Assembly (NCBI GenBank): GCA_030141605.1
Contig: JAQGDQ010001065.1
Span: 1,901-65,900, forward strand
Direction of reading: 5' to 3'
From: Tubiluchus corallicola
Taxonomy: Eukaryota > Animalia > Priapulida
DNA length: 64,000 nucleotides
In this document: positions 13,055 through 26,552 of the stretch, piece after piece
Position numbering within the stretch: the stretch's first letter is position 1
Layout of the letters: every line of letters begins with the position of its first letter
Position numbers and translations under genes: made by a program
The notes under the pieces: model-generated
Told to the model about the DNA's origin: nothing
The model's input: the letters and a program-made list of their open reading frames with translations, nothing else
Databases searched by the model: none

Positions 13055-14170
13055 CAAATTCGTAGTTAATTGTTTATTTATTAAAATTGTTTATTTGATT
13101 ATATGTTTTTGTTTGCTTGTTTGTTTTTTATTTGTTTATTTATTTGTTTACTTCTTTATTTTGTTTATTTACTTATTTATTTATTTACAATACATCAATA
13201 AAATTCGTAGTTAATTGTTTATTTATATGTTTTTCTTTGCTTGTTTGTTTTTTTATTTGTTTATTTATTTATTTACTTCTTTATTTTATTTATTTACTTA
13301 TTTATTTATTTATAATACATCAGTAAAATTCGTAGTTAATTGTTTATTTATATGTTTTTCTTTGCTTGTTTGTTTTTTTATTTGTTTATTTATTTATTTA
13401 CTTCTTTATTTTATTTATTTACTTATTTATTTATTTACAATACATCAGTAAAATTCGTAGTTAATTGTATATTTATATGTTTTTGTTTGCTTGTTTTTTA
13501 TTTGTTTATTTATTTATTTACCTCTTTATTTTATTTATTTACTTATTTATTTATTTATAATACATCAGTAAAATTCGTAGTTAATTGTTTATTTATATGT
13601 TTTTGTTTGCTTGTTTTTTTATTTGTTTATTTATTTATTTACTTCTTTATTTTATTTATTTACTTATTTATTTATTTACAATACATCAGTAAAATTCGTA
13701 GTTAATTGTATATTTATATGTTTTTGTTTGCTTGTTTTTTATTTGTTTATTTATTTATTTACTTCTTTATTTTATTTATTTACTTATTTATTTATTTATA
13801 ATACATCAGTAAAATTCGTAGTTAATTGTTTATTTATATGTTTTTGTTTGCTTGTTTTTTTATTTGTTTATTTATTTATTCACCTCTTTATTTTATTTAT
13901 TTACTTATTTATTTATTTATAATATATCAGTAAAATTCGTAGTTAATTGTTTATTTATATGTTTTTGTTTGCTTGTTTGTTTTTATTTGTTTATTTATTT
14001 ATTTATTATTTACTTCTTTATTTAATTTATTTACTTATTTATTTATTTGCAATACATCAGTAAAATTCGTAGTTAATTGTTTATTTATAAGTTTTTGTTT
14101 GCTTGTTTATTTATTTATTTACCTCTTTATTTTGTTTATTTATTTATTTTTTTTACAATACATCAGTAAA
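13055..14170. repeat. ~120-125-bp T-rich minisatellite, ~9 copies
   Basis: CATCAGTAAAATTCGTAGTTAATTG recurs. Confidence 0.92.
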
Positions 14171-14704
14171 ATCATGCCTATAAGAAAGCTTTACACACCA
14201 GTTTGCACGGAATAGCATTTTATTTTGATCCTTGCAGCACCTATTACACAAGCATTGTTAATATGTCACTTAAGATTTGCCCGCGTATCGCTTAATAAAC
14301 TACGCTGACCATCTGCACGTCGCACAAAGGTTTCTCCTACTGCCCCACCCACCGCCTACCTACTTAACTTTAAACCCAATCAGTCGCAGTGAAAGCAGTA
14401 GTCCCTAATCTCCCTTAACGCCTGTTTACCTCCATTCAGCAAGATGTAACTGTTTACCGAAACAAGCTGTGTTCTTCAGCCGAGCAAAATCCTAATCGAA
14501 TCGTGATGAGTTTTGCTTTCAAATGCAAAAATGGCCAATTTGGCGGCCATTGTTGTCGTGCGATGACTAGGCGACAGCTGCCTAGCGGCCAGTGTTGAAA
14601 TTATCAGCAAAGAAATTGAGCCAAGATTGCTTTGAAGTTACAATGCTGTGTAGAGGAATAAAAACCGAAAACGAAATAAAATATAGTAGACCGGGTAAAT
14701 AAAA

Positions 14705-15061
<357 letters not shown>

Positions 15062-15070
<9 letters not shown>

Positions 15071-15213
15071 AATTTATTTCACTCCAGCAACACATATACA
15101 ATACATCAACATACAATATTATTGAAACAAAAAGAAACAGTATAGGTAAAACAAACGTTGATGAAGTCAAATTAACCAAATGAAAGAGTTGCTGTATGAC
15201 ACCTTGAAAGCTT
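15062..15213 (-). mobile_element. Short dispersed retroelement-like 3' end with a (TTGA)n tail
   Basis: Inverted copy at ~29246-29405, which also ends in GATTGATTGATT. Confidence 0.6.
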
Positions 15214-16145
15214 CTTTTGAATAAAACCGGTACCTTTTGCTGAAATTAAAAAGTCGTTAAGCATTATAATGTTGTTTACGTTATTTTTAAGCAAAATCTT
15301 TTCCCCGCGTGCCCGTGCAACGTAGCACAATGAAACGCAAAGTGACCAAAGACAATCGAACATAATATAATTTTTCATGACGTGTCATATTATGACGTAA
15401 TACAGTTACACATGACGTAATTATGACGTAATACAGTTACAATGTTTTCAACTCTGTGAAAGTTTTGCAAAAAAAAAACCGTTACAGACTGTAATAAATC
15501 GTTTAGAATTCGTTGTCACAAAAACAAATGAGCATCCATTCGAACTACAACCATTAAGTGTTTGTTCTTGGTCGTTGCCGTCGCAGCGCGTGAGTGTGAA
15601 AACGCCTTTACTTGAAGTTGCCACCACATGTACACGCGTTTTTCGACTGACAACTGCTCTTGATGTCTTTAGCTCGTTTTAAGCAAGCAAAGTGGTTGTC
15701 TCTTTGTGTAAAGCAAGCAATCTTTCCAAGCAATAACGCAGCAAATGGGTTTAAAAACCTACAATTTAACCAGAAAGACAACCAGGCAGTTATGCAGATG
15801 GAATACAGAGCAAATGGGAAACCGAAATGGGATGTTTTTATGGACCTGCAGTGGAAAAACCCCATGCTACTAAGCACGCATGTTCTGCCCTTCTAGCTTA
15901 ACCGAACACAGCCATATTAATAAATAGGCTCATGGCGAAGGCTGTTTATATGCGTCTTGTTCAAATTAAAGCAGCGAGCGGTTATTTAATATTCATAGAA
16001 GCTGGGAATGTTCCGAGTTTTTCAGCTTTTATGATGGGTGGCGGGGGAGTGCGCTATCATTGCGGAAATGGTCCTGTATGGCTTTCAAAAGATAAAAAAT
16101 GTTTCGAAAACTTTGTCGTGTAATGTGTTTCAGGCTAATAATTTT

Positions 16146-16285
<140 letters not shown>

Positions 16286-16974
16286 TCTTTATTTGTCATT
16301 AAAATGGTTCACTCATTATAATAAAATTGAGTAAGCCTCAGCGTAATGTTAAAATAACAACACTGTTCAAGACAAATGCGTCCAGTACAGACTAAAAAAA
16401 GCTAAAGTGCAAAACTAAGGTCTAATTATATACAATAAATGAACATATTTACAAACACCATATTAAAATATTTTTACAAAACAATATTACAAAAGTACAT
16501 TAAAGTTTACATGACTTATTTTACACTATATATACATTTGACATGACACATGCTTTATATTACATAAATTTCACTCATTACATTTACGCTATTTATATAT
16601 TGACTTTATTATCATGGAAAGATGGATGTTGATTATAACGACTTTTGATCACATAAACCAAGAGATATTTAGCTCTTTAGAAAGAGGAGGAACAAGGCTA
16701 CACGATGTTGTGACCTGTATTTTAAGAGGTCCCCACCGTGAGGAGCAGTGACGGGTTGATTGGAGGTTCCATTTCGGGCGTTTGTCCCTTGGAAAACAGC
16801 TGACGCAAAGCCATTGTTCTGACGTCATCCATTATACTCTGTCTATAACCTTATAACTTTAATTCAGTAAAAGCTGCTGCTGACTTTGCGTTATAAAGGA
16901 GAACTATGTAGGATGTAGGATCATTATTATTATTATTATTATTATTATTAAGCATTATCAATGATTTTTCTACG

Positions 16975-17222
16975 TTACTTAGTAGGGGATTTACAGATGA
17001 AGCCAAACTTGTTCTCACATGTCATGTCATTCCATGTGCTAAACTGATGGAAATTGATCTGTAAACAGTTTTCACGTTCGCTGATGTTGTTAGGCTCAAT
17101 ATGATAGCTGCCATTATTCCAGTTCGTATACAAGATGGCGTGGCCATTAGAAAACCAGACCCATCTACCTTCATTGTGTTGATCTGTCCCCCCAATCCAG
17201 AATTTGCATCTTTGGCCATCAT
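16975..17222 (-). CDS. C-type lectin A, exon 4 (C-terminal half of the CTLD, stop)
   Basis: FWIGGTD...W.NW...EPNN...ENC...WNDMTC...FICK*; acceptor TTTTTATAG; phase 1. Confidence 0.92.
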
Positions 17223-17274
17223 CTATAAAAAGAATATTAATTAGACAGAATATCAGAAAGTCTCGTTTTGGGTA

Positions 17275-18450
17275 ACATTTGAGTTACCAAAACACATGCG
17301 AAATTCCTATGTCTACATTTGACTTACCTAAGTCACATTTGAGTTACCAAAACACATTCAAAATTCCTATGTTTACATTTGACTTACCTATGTCTACATT
17401 TGACTTACCTAAGTCACATATGAACTTTCCTGTCTACATTTGACTTACCTAAGTCACATATGAACTTTCCTGTGTCTACATTTGACTTACCTAAGTCACA
17501 CTTGAACTTTCCTGTGTCTACATTTGACTTACCTAAGTCACATATGAACTTTCCTGTGTCTACATTTGACTTACCTAAGTCACATATGAACTTTCCTATG
17601 TCTACATTTGACTTACTTAAGTCACATTTGAGTTACCAAAACACATTCGAAATTCCTATGTTTACATTTGACTTACCTAAGTCACATTTGAGTTACCAAA
17701 ACACATTCGAAATTCCTATGTCTACATTTGACTTACCTAAGTCACATATGAACTTTCCTGTGTCTACATTTGACTTACCTAAGTCACATATGAACTTTCC
17801 TGTGTCTACATTTGACTTACCTAAGTCACATATGAACTTTCCTGTGTCTACATTTGACTTACCTAAGTCACATTTGAACTTTCCTGTGTCTACATTTGAC
17901 TTACCTAAGTCACATTGAACTTTCCTGCACATTTGACTTACCTAAGTCACATTTGAACTTTCCTATGTCTACATTTGACTTACTTAAGTCACATTTGAAC
18001 TTCCTAGTTACATTTGACTTACCTAAGTCACATTTGAACTTTCCTATGTCTACATTTGACTTACCTAAGTCACATATGAACTTTCCTGTGTCTACATTTG
18101 ACTTACCTAAGTCACATTTGAACTTTCCTGTGTCTACATTTGACTTACCTAAGTCACATATGAACTTTCCTGTGTCTACATTTGACTTACCTAAGTCACA
18201 TATGAACTTTCCTGTGTCTACATTTGACTTACCTAAGTCACACTTGAACTTTCCTGTGTCTACATTTGACTTACCTAAGTCACATATGAACTTTCCTGTG
18301 TCTACATTTGACTTACCTAAGTCACATATGAACTTTCCTGTGTCTACATTTGACTTACCTAAGTCACATATGAACTTTCCTATGTCTACATTTGACTTAC
18401 CTAAGTCACATATGAACTTTCCTGTGTCTACATTTGACGTGTAAAACATA
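17275..18450 (+). mobile_element. Truncated copy of the TA-target MITE with an expanded 42-bp internal array, in lectin A intron 3
   Basis: Same 42-bp unit and right end (GTCTACATTTGACGTGTAAAACATA) as the full copies; left TIR missing. Confidence 0.85.
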
Positions 18451-18584
18451 CAATTGTGACTGGAGTGGTCAACTTTAAAGAAATCAATGTCATCGATCAA
18501 GCTTGACAAATTAGGCTTTATCGTAATTTTTTACAGGCTCACAAAGCCTAACAGAAGAAATTGCAGATAAGTTAAGATACCTAC

Positions 18585-18771
18585 CGTATATTCCGTGTTT
18601 GCCTATAAACTGATTTTCGGCAGCGGTTGTTATGGTAGCTAATTCACTACCTGCCATTCTGCACGTCATCACAGCCTGCCACCACGTTAGTTCTGGGGTT
18701 GTGTGAAACCAGTAACAATTCCCATTGTAGTATTTTCCACCATTTCCGCAGCACGTTGAGTTTGAGTCAGC
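18585..18771 (-). CDS. C-type lectin A, exon 3 (N-terminal half of the CTLD)
   Basis: ADSNSTCC...YNGNCYWF...TWWQAVMTC...SELATI...ENQFI; CAG acceptor and G|GTAGGT donor. Confidence 0.92.
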
Positions 18772-18893
18772 CTGATTGTGAATGAAAAACAAGTTTTGTT
18801 ACAAAAATGACATACTGCTTAGTTGTCAACTCTCTTTACTGTTACTGTCAGCAAGCAGTTGGTCGCACCGACAGATGCTGTGAGTTGACTTAC

Positions 18894-18953
18894 CGTTTCA
18901 GTGTGAATGCCTCGGCGACTTCTGGGTGGAATAGAGAAGTTGCCCTTATTAAG
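18894..18953 (-). CDS. C-type lectin A, exon 2 (linker with RSRR)
   Basis: 60-nt exon LNKGNFSIPPRSRRGIHTET with CAG acceptor and GTAAGT donor; conserved in paralog B. Confidence 0.8.
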
Positions 18954-19473
18954 CTGAATGTGCCTATGAATTACGTGGTGACAAAACTCGCTAGTCTGAA
19001 TATTAAAGGCAAATGGGTAAAGTGTATTGTTGTACAAATAAGCATAATTTTTTTTGTAAATTCACACCAAAAACAAATTACAGAAAAGCATGAAAAACAT
19101 ATTAAAGTGGAATTTCTCTGTTGCTATCTCCATACATTAAAAGCAAATGGGTAAAGTGTATTGTTTTATAAATAAGCATAATGCTTTTTGTAAATTCACA
19201 CCAAAAACAAATTACAAAAAAGCATGAAAAACATATTAAAAGGGGAATTTCTCTATTGCTATCTCCATACATTAAAAGCAAATGGGTAAAGTGTATTGTT
19301 TTATAAATAAGCATAATGCTTTTTGTAAATTCACACCAAAAACAAATAACAGGAGAGCACGGAAAAACACATTTACAGGGGAATTTCTTTGTTGCTATCT
19401 CCATTAAGTTGTTCTTAATTTATTACGATTACTATATATCAAAACAAATAATCACTGGTATTAAAATTGTTAC

Positions 19474-19566
19474 CTTGTTAGATGCCGTTTCAGTACCTGC
19501 ACTTGAACCATGGAGAGTGACTATCACACACAACAGTAGTTTGCGTATCAGTGAAATCACGTTCAT
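19474..19566 (-). CDS. C-type lectin A, exon 1 (signal peptide)
   Basis: MNVISLIRKLLLCVIVTLHGSSAGTETASNK|GTAAC; the four exons give 195 aa in frame. Confidence 0.82.
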
Positions 19567-20219
19567 TGCTCACATAAAAACTATTTCACGATGAATTTCA
19601 AAATCAGTCTTGCGAAACTTTGTCGTACAAGTCTTTCAAATAATACAAATGTCCACAAAAGAAGCTGCAGTAAAATTAATTCATTAAATGCAATAATCGG
19701 ATAAAGCAGAAACATTGAAATTATTGTTCGATCCTTATTTATATTGATGCAAAATAAACAAATAGATAATCATAATAAGAGATCTACTTTTAGACAATTA
19801 TGTTTGGCGTACTGCTTGTTCATTAGAAATTTTAGAGTGAAAATATCCAAAAGGTTATGTCATTCGAACAAAAAGTTCACATTTAAGCAGCCAGAAGAGT
19901 TAGTTTAACTATGCTTTGCTTGCTATTGCCACTTTAGCACTGTTGATGCGGTTGCAGCATGAATTTGAACTTTGCAAATGTAACAATAACACGTTGCAAG
20001 ATAATTAGCAAAATCAAAATGGATGACTGATAAAATTCATTACAATTTACAGCAAAAAGAAATATTTGTAGATTTAGAACTTTTTAAATCTTGTGGATGA
20101 CTTCGCATAATTCTATATGATCTACACGCCAGGCAAAACACGTTTTTAAACTGATTGTTAGTTTTTCTATTGTGAAAATTTTGGAAGGCCATCTTTGAAG
20201 ATTTCGCTTGATTGCAGGG

Positions 20220-23200
20220 AATTTGGTGTAGTTTAGTGTGTTTACCTTATTCGAAAGCGTTTGCCTTGTCTACAATAGTTGGTCCATGAGTAGGGAATTT
20301 AGTGCAGTATAGTCTATTTTCTTTATTCAAAAGTGTTTGCCTTGTCGACAATAGTTGGTCCATGAGTAGGGAATTTAGTGTAGTATAGTTTTTACATGTC
20401 AAATGTAGACCTGCGTTAACTCAAATATAGATTTAGGTAATTCAAATGTGTCTTGGTAACTCAAATGTAGACTTAGGTAGTTCAAATGTGTTAACAATGG
20501 TTTTCAAGAAATCTTAAGCGTTTTTGGTAAATCAAATGTAGACACATGTCAAGTCAAATGTGATATTGGTATCTCAAATGTGGATAGGTGGTAAGTTTAA
20601 AGATGCTAAATTTAATCTCCTTTAATCTTAATTTAATAATTGCTTTGAAAATAATAACTTTATAGGTCTACTAATAGTTCACTAATATTCTGCAAACTTT
20701 TCATACCATTGGAACTGTTAGAGAAAACAATACATTCTTAAAATAAACAATGTTTCTTGAGAGAAACTAATTCATTAATGCAGTGCTAATGCATTACTTA
20801 AAAAAACTAATTAGTGATTCACTGTTCATTGGGAAGAGTAAACAACACATTTTTCAAAGTTATGAAAGAGGTGGTGACTATCTTTGGTTTATCTTTTTGT
20901 AATTTGCACTTAAATGAGTTTATTACCTATTTATTCAAAGTAATACATCTACATTTGAGTTACCTAAGTCACATTTGAGTTACCAAAACTCATCCGAAAT
21001 TCCTATGTCTACATTTGACTTATCCAAGTCACATTTGAGTTAGCAAAACACATTCGAAATTCCTATGTCTACATTTGACTTACCTAAGTCACATTTGAGT
21101 TACCAAAACACATTCGAATTACCTATGTCTACATTTGACTTGCCTAAGTCTTATTTGAACTTTCCTGTGTCTACATTTGACGTGTAAAACCTATATAGTC
21201 TATTTTAATTATTCAAAAGTGTTTGCCTTTTCGACAATAATTGGTCCATGAGTAGAGAATTTAGTGTAGTATAGTCTATTTTCTTTATTCGAAAGTGTTT
21301 GCTTTGTCGACAATAGTTAGTCCATGAGTAGAGAATCTAGTGTAGTATAGTGTTTTTTCTTTATTCATAAGTGTTTGCCTTGTCGACAATAGTTGGTCCA
21401 TGAGTAGGGAATTTAGTGTAGTATAGTCTATTTTCTACATTTGAAAGTGTTTGCCTTGTCTACAATAGTTGGTCCATGAGTAGGGAATTTAGTGTAGTAT
21501 AGTCTATTTTCTTTATTCAAAAGTGTTTGCCTTGTCGACAATAATTGGTCCATGAGTAGGGAATTTAGTGTAGTATAGTCTATTTTCTTTATTCGAAAGT
21601 GTTTGCCTTGTCTACAATAGTTGGTCCATGAGTAGGGAATTTAGTGTAGTATAGTCTATTTTCTTTATTCCAAAGTGTTTGCCTTGTCTACAATAGTTGG
21701 TCCATGAGTAGGGAATTTAGTGTAGTATAGTCTATTTTCTTTATTCCAAAGTGTTTGCCTTGTCGACAATAGTTGGTCCATGACTAGGGAATTTAGTGCA
21801 GTATAGTCTATTTTCTTTATTCGAAAGTGTTTGCTTTGTCGACAATAGTTGGTCCATGAGTAGGGAATTTAGTGCAGTATAGTCTATTTTTTTTATTTGA
21901 AAGTGTCTGCCTTGTCTACAATAGTTGGTCCATGAGTAGGGAATTTAGTGCAGTATAGTCTATTTTTTTTATTTGAAAGTGTCTGCCTTGTCTACAATAG
22001 TTGGTCCATGAGTAGGGAATTTAGTGCAGTATAGTCTATTTTTTTTATTTGAAAGTGTCTGCTTTGTCGACAATAGTTGGTCCATGAGTAGGGAATTTAG
22101 TGCAGTATAGTCTATTTTCTTTATTCGAAAGTGTTTGCCTTGTCTACAATAGTTGGTCCATGAGTAGGGAATTTAGTGTAGTATAGTCTATTTTCTTTAT
22201 TCCAAAGTGTTTGCCTTGTCTACAATAGTTGGTCCATGAGTAGGGAATTTAGTGTAGTATAGTCTATTTTCTTTATTCCAAAGTGTTTGCCTTGTCGACA
22301 ATAGTTGGTCCATGACTAGGGAATTTAGTGCAGTATAGTCTATTTTCTTTATTCGAAAGTGTTTGCTTTGTCGACAATAGTTGGTCCATGAGTAGGGAAT
22401 TTAGTGCAAACAAGAAAGTGTTTGCCTTGTCTACAATAGTTGGTCCATGAGAAAAAGTATAGTCTATTTTCTTTATTCCAAAGTGTTTGCCTTGTCGACA
22501 ATAGTTGGTCCATGAGTAGGGAATTTAGTGCAGTATAGTCTATTTTTTTTATTCGAAAGTGTCTGCCTTGTCTACAATAGTTGGTCCATGAGTAGGGAAT
22601 TTAGTGCAGTATAGTCTATTTTTTTTATTTGAAAGTGTCTGCCTTGTCTACAATAGTTGGTCCATGAGTAGGGAATTTAGTGCAGTATAGTCTATTTTTT
22701 TTATTTGAAAGTGTCTGCCTTGTCTACAATAGTTGGTCCATGAGTAGGGAATTTAGTGCAGTATAGTCTATTTTTTTTATTTGAAAGTGTCTGCTTTGTC
22801 GACAATAGTTGGTCCATGAGTAGGGAATTTAGTGCAGTATAGTCTATTTTTTTTATTTGAAAGTGTCTGCCTTGTCTACAATAGTTGGTCCATGAGTAGG
22901 GAATTTAGTGTAGTATAGTCTATTTTCTTTATTCGGAAGTGTTTGCCTTGTCGACAATAGTTGGTCCATGAGTAGGGAATTTAGTGCAGTATAGTCTATT
23001 TTTTTTATTCGAAAGTGTCTGCCTTGTCTACAATAGTTGATCCATGAGTAGGGAATTTAGTGTAGTATAGTCTATTTTCTTTATTCGAAAGTGTTTGCTT
23101 TGTCGACAATAGTTGGTCCATGAGTAGAGAATTTAGTGTAGTATAGTCTATTTTTTTTATTTGAAAGTGTTTGCCTTGTCTACAATAGTTGGTCCATGAG

Positions 23201-23690
23201 TAGGGAATTTAGTGTAGTATAGTCTATTTTCTTTATTCATAAGTGTTTGCCTTGTCTACAATAGTTGGTCCATGAGTAGGGAATTTAGTGCAGTATAGTG
23301 TATTTTCTTTATTCGAAAGTGTTTGCCTTGTCGACAATAGTTAGTCCATGAGTAGGGAATTTAGTGTAGTATAGTCTATTTTCTTTATTCTAAAGTGTTT
23401 GCTTTGTCGACAATAGTTAGTCCATGAGTAGAGAATTTAGTGTAGTATAGTCCATTTTCTTTATTCGAAAGTGTTTGCCTTGTCGACAATAGTTAGTCCA
23501 TGAGTAGGGAATTTAGTGTAGTATAGTCTATTTTCTTTATTCGAAAGTGTTTGCTTTGTCGACAATAGTTAGTCCATGAGTAGAGAATTTAGTGTAGTAT
23601 AGTGTTTTTTCTTTATTCATAAGTGTTTGCCTTGTCGACAATAGTTGGTCCATGAGTAGGGAATTTCGTGTAGTATTGTGTATTTTCTTC
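20220..23690. repeat. 76-bp satellite, ~35 copies, interrupted by a MITE
   Basis: CATGAGTAGGGAATTTAGTG recurs every 76 bp. Confidence 0.97.
20386..21193 (+). mobile_element. Non-autonomous DNA transposon (MITE) with TA TSD, Tc1/mariner-like
   Basis: TIRs TAG(G/T)TTTTACATGTCAAATGTAGAC ... GTCTACATTTGACGTGTAAAACCTA; removing the element plus one TA restores the satellite unit GTAGTATAGTC. Confidence 0.88.
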
Positions 23691-24038
23691 ATTTTGCCTT
23701 TTTAAAACTTTGACGATGATAATCCAAGAATTAAACATAAGCATTCAGTGTTAGGTCATAAAGAAAACATGAACTCTTCAAGGCAAATGTGTCAGGTGCA
23801 AGCTAAACTATATGTGAAATGATGAATTCTAGACAATAAAAGATAAATCATGAACATATATAAGAACATATAAATGAGCACATATATGAACATATATATG
23901 TACATAAAATGATTAGCATTTAACAAGTATATAGCTCTTAAACATTCGGTAATTTCCTACATGGATATCTAGTCCAATCTGCGTTATTATATGATCATAA
24001 ACTCGATGCTGAGTGCCCGTTGAACAAAAAGTTAAAAA

Positions 24039-24286
24039 CTAGGCAGTAGGAGATTTACAAATAAATTCAAACGTTTTCGAACAGACGTGGTCATTCCATG
24101 TGCTAAATTGGTGGAAATTAATTTGTAAACAGTGTTCATTCCCGTTTTGGTTGTTTGGTTCATTTGTAAGATGGCTTCTGTTCCATTTCGTGTACAAGAT
24201 GGCCTGGCCATTAGAAAACCAGACCCATCTGCCTTGTTTATGTTGATCTGTCCCACCAATCCAGAATGTACATCTCGCACCGTTAT
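24039..24286 (-). CDS. C-type lectin B, exon 4
   Basis: FWIGGTDQHKQGRWVW...EPNN...EHC...WNDHVC...FICKSPTA*. Confidence 0.92.
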
Positions 24287-24755
24287 CTACAGAAAGAATA
24301 ATAATTAAGAAGACTATCAGTATACAGCGAAACAATTTTGTTTTAGGTGATTAATTGAGAACATAATAAAATTTCCAGACTGTTTCAACAAATTGATGTC
24401 AGTCAACGGTGATGTGAAGTGGCTTATATGGACACGAGTTATCGGTGGGTCCTATGAGTACGTAAAAGCCTTTTAATGAGTTGTAACTACCATATCAATA
24501 ATAAGAGAGGAGCCATTCGGAATGAAAAAGAGAGATGGGTAGCACTAGAATACTGGCCTTGATCGAGTGCTAAGAGTAGCTTTTCTTTCACAATTGAAAG
24601 GCTTTGTCTGATAAGTATTGTGACTGACGAATTGACCCACTTCAAAAAAATCAATGTCGTGAAATAAGTTTGATAAATAATGTTCATCTGAGTCGTAATT
24701 TTTACAGGCTCATAAAGCATAACAGAAGAAATTGCAGATAAGTTAAAATACCTAC

Positions 24756-24942
24756 CGTGTCTTGCATGTTTGGTTATAAACTGATTTTCGGCATCTGTTG
24801 TTATGGTAGCTAATTCACTACCTGCCATTCTGCACGTCATCACAGCTTGCCACCACGTTACTTTTGCGGTTGTGTGAAACCAGTAACAATTCCCATTGTA
24901 GTATTTTCCACCATTTCTGCAGCACGTTGAGTTTGAGTCAGC
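24756..24942 (-). CDS. C-type lectin B, exon 3
   Basis: ADSNSTCCRNGGKYYNGNCYWF...; same 187-nt length and splice sites as paralog A. Confidence 0.92.
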
Positions 24943-25064
24943 CTGATTATGGACGGAAAACAAGTTTTGTTACATAAATGACATACTACTTAGTTGTCAA
25001 CTCTCTTTACTGTTACTGTCAGCAAGCAGTTGGTCGCTCCGACAGATGCTGTGAGTTGACTTAC

Positions 25065-25124
25065 CGTTTCAGTGTGAATGCCTCGGCGACTTCTGGGTGG
25101 AATAGTGAAGTTGCCCTTATTAAG
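25065..25124 (-). CDS. C-type lectin B, exon 2
   Basis: LNKGNFTIPPRSRRGIHTET with AG/GT boundaries. Confidence 0.8.
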
Positions 25125-25375
25125 CTGAATGCGCCTATGAGTTACGTGGTGACAAAACTCGCTAGTCTGAATATTAAAGGCAAATGGGTAAAGTGTATTG
25201 TTTTATAAATAAGCATAATGCTTTTTGTAAATTCACACCAAAAACAAATAACAGGAAAGCATGAAAAACCATATTTACAGTGGAATTTCTCTGTTGCTAT
25301 CTCCATTAAGTTGTTCTTAATTTATTACCAATACTAAATATTAAAACAAATAATCACTGGTATTAAAATTGTTAC

Positions 25376-25468
25376 CTTGTTAGATCTCGTTTCAGTTACT
25401 GCACTTGAACCATGGAGAGTAACTATCACACACAACAGTAGTTTGCCTATCAGTGAAATCACGTTCAT
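25376..25468 (-). CDS. C-type lectin B, exon 1 (signal peptide)
   Basis: MNVISLIGKLLLCVIVTLHGSSAVTETRSNK|GTAAC. Confidence 0.82.
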
Positions 25469-25732
25469 TGCTCACATAAACACTATTTCACGATGAATTT
25501 CAAAATCAGTCTTACAAAACTTTGTCGTACAAGTCTTGCAAAGAATGCAAATGTCCACAAAACAGGCTGCAGTGAAATATGCCAATTATACACAGACATC
25601 TTACAAAATGGAAACATTAAAATTAGTGTGCAACCTAATTTATGATGGTCAAAACTAAACAAATTTATATTTGTAATACGTAATGAGCGATCCACTTCTA
25701 GACAAATTACGGTGCCACTTACTCAAACTAAA

Positions 25733-26552
25733 ATTTTGAAAGTAAAAACTCAAAAAGTTATGGCATTTGAACAAAGAAGCTTACATTTAAACAGTCAGAA
25801 GATTCTGAAAGTAAAGAGCCAAAAAGTTATGCCAATTGAACAAAGAAGCTTACATTTAAACAGTCAGAAGATTCTGAAAGTAAAGAGTCAAAAAGTTATG
25901 CCATTTGAACAAAGAAGCTTACATTTAAACAGTCAGAAGATTCTGAAAGTAAAGACCCAAAAAGTTATGCCATTTGAACAAAGAAGCTTACATTTAAACA
26001 ATCAGAAGATTCTGAAAGTAAAGACCCAAAAAGTTATGCCATTTGAACAAAGAAGCTTGCATTTAAACAGTCAGAAGATTCTGAAAGTAAAGACCCAAAA
26101 AGTTATGCCATTTGAACAAAGAAGCTTACATTTAAACAGTCAGAAGATTCTGAAAGTAAAGACCCAAAAAGTTGTGCCATTTGAACAAAGAAGCTTGCAT
26201 TTAAACAGTCAGAAGATTCTGAAAGTAAAGACCCAAAAAGTTATGCCATTTGAACAAAGAAGCTTACATTTAAACAGTCAGAAGATTCTGAAAGTAAAGA
26301 CCCAAAAAGTTATGCCATTTGAACAAAGAAGCTTACATTTAAACAGTCAGAAGATTCTGAAAGTAAAAACCCAAAAAGTTATGCCATTTGAACAAAGAAA
26401 CTTACATTTAAACAGTCAGAAGATTCTGAAAGTAAAGAGCCAAAAAGTTCTGCCATTTGAACAAAGAAACTTACATTTAGGCGGTCAGAACATTCTGAAA
26501 GTAAAGACCCAAAAAGTTGTGCCAAAGAAACTTACATTTAAACAGTCAGAAG
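25733..26552. repeat. 69-bp minisatellite, ~12 copies, upstream of lectin B
   Basis: AACAGTCAGAAGATTCTGAAAGTAAAG recurs every 69 bp. Confidence 0.95.

Noticed and set aside
20220-23690. CRISPR-like regular arrays (also 6606-8622 and 53175-54840)
   Set aside because: Head-to-tail monomers with no unique spacers, no cas genes, eukaryotic context
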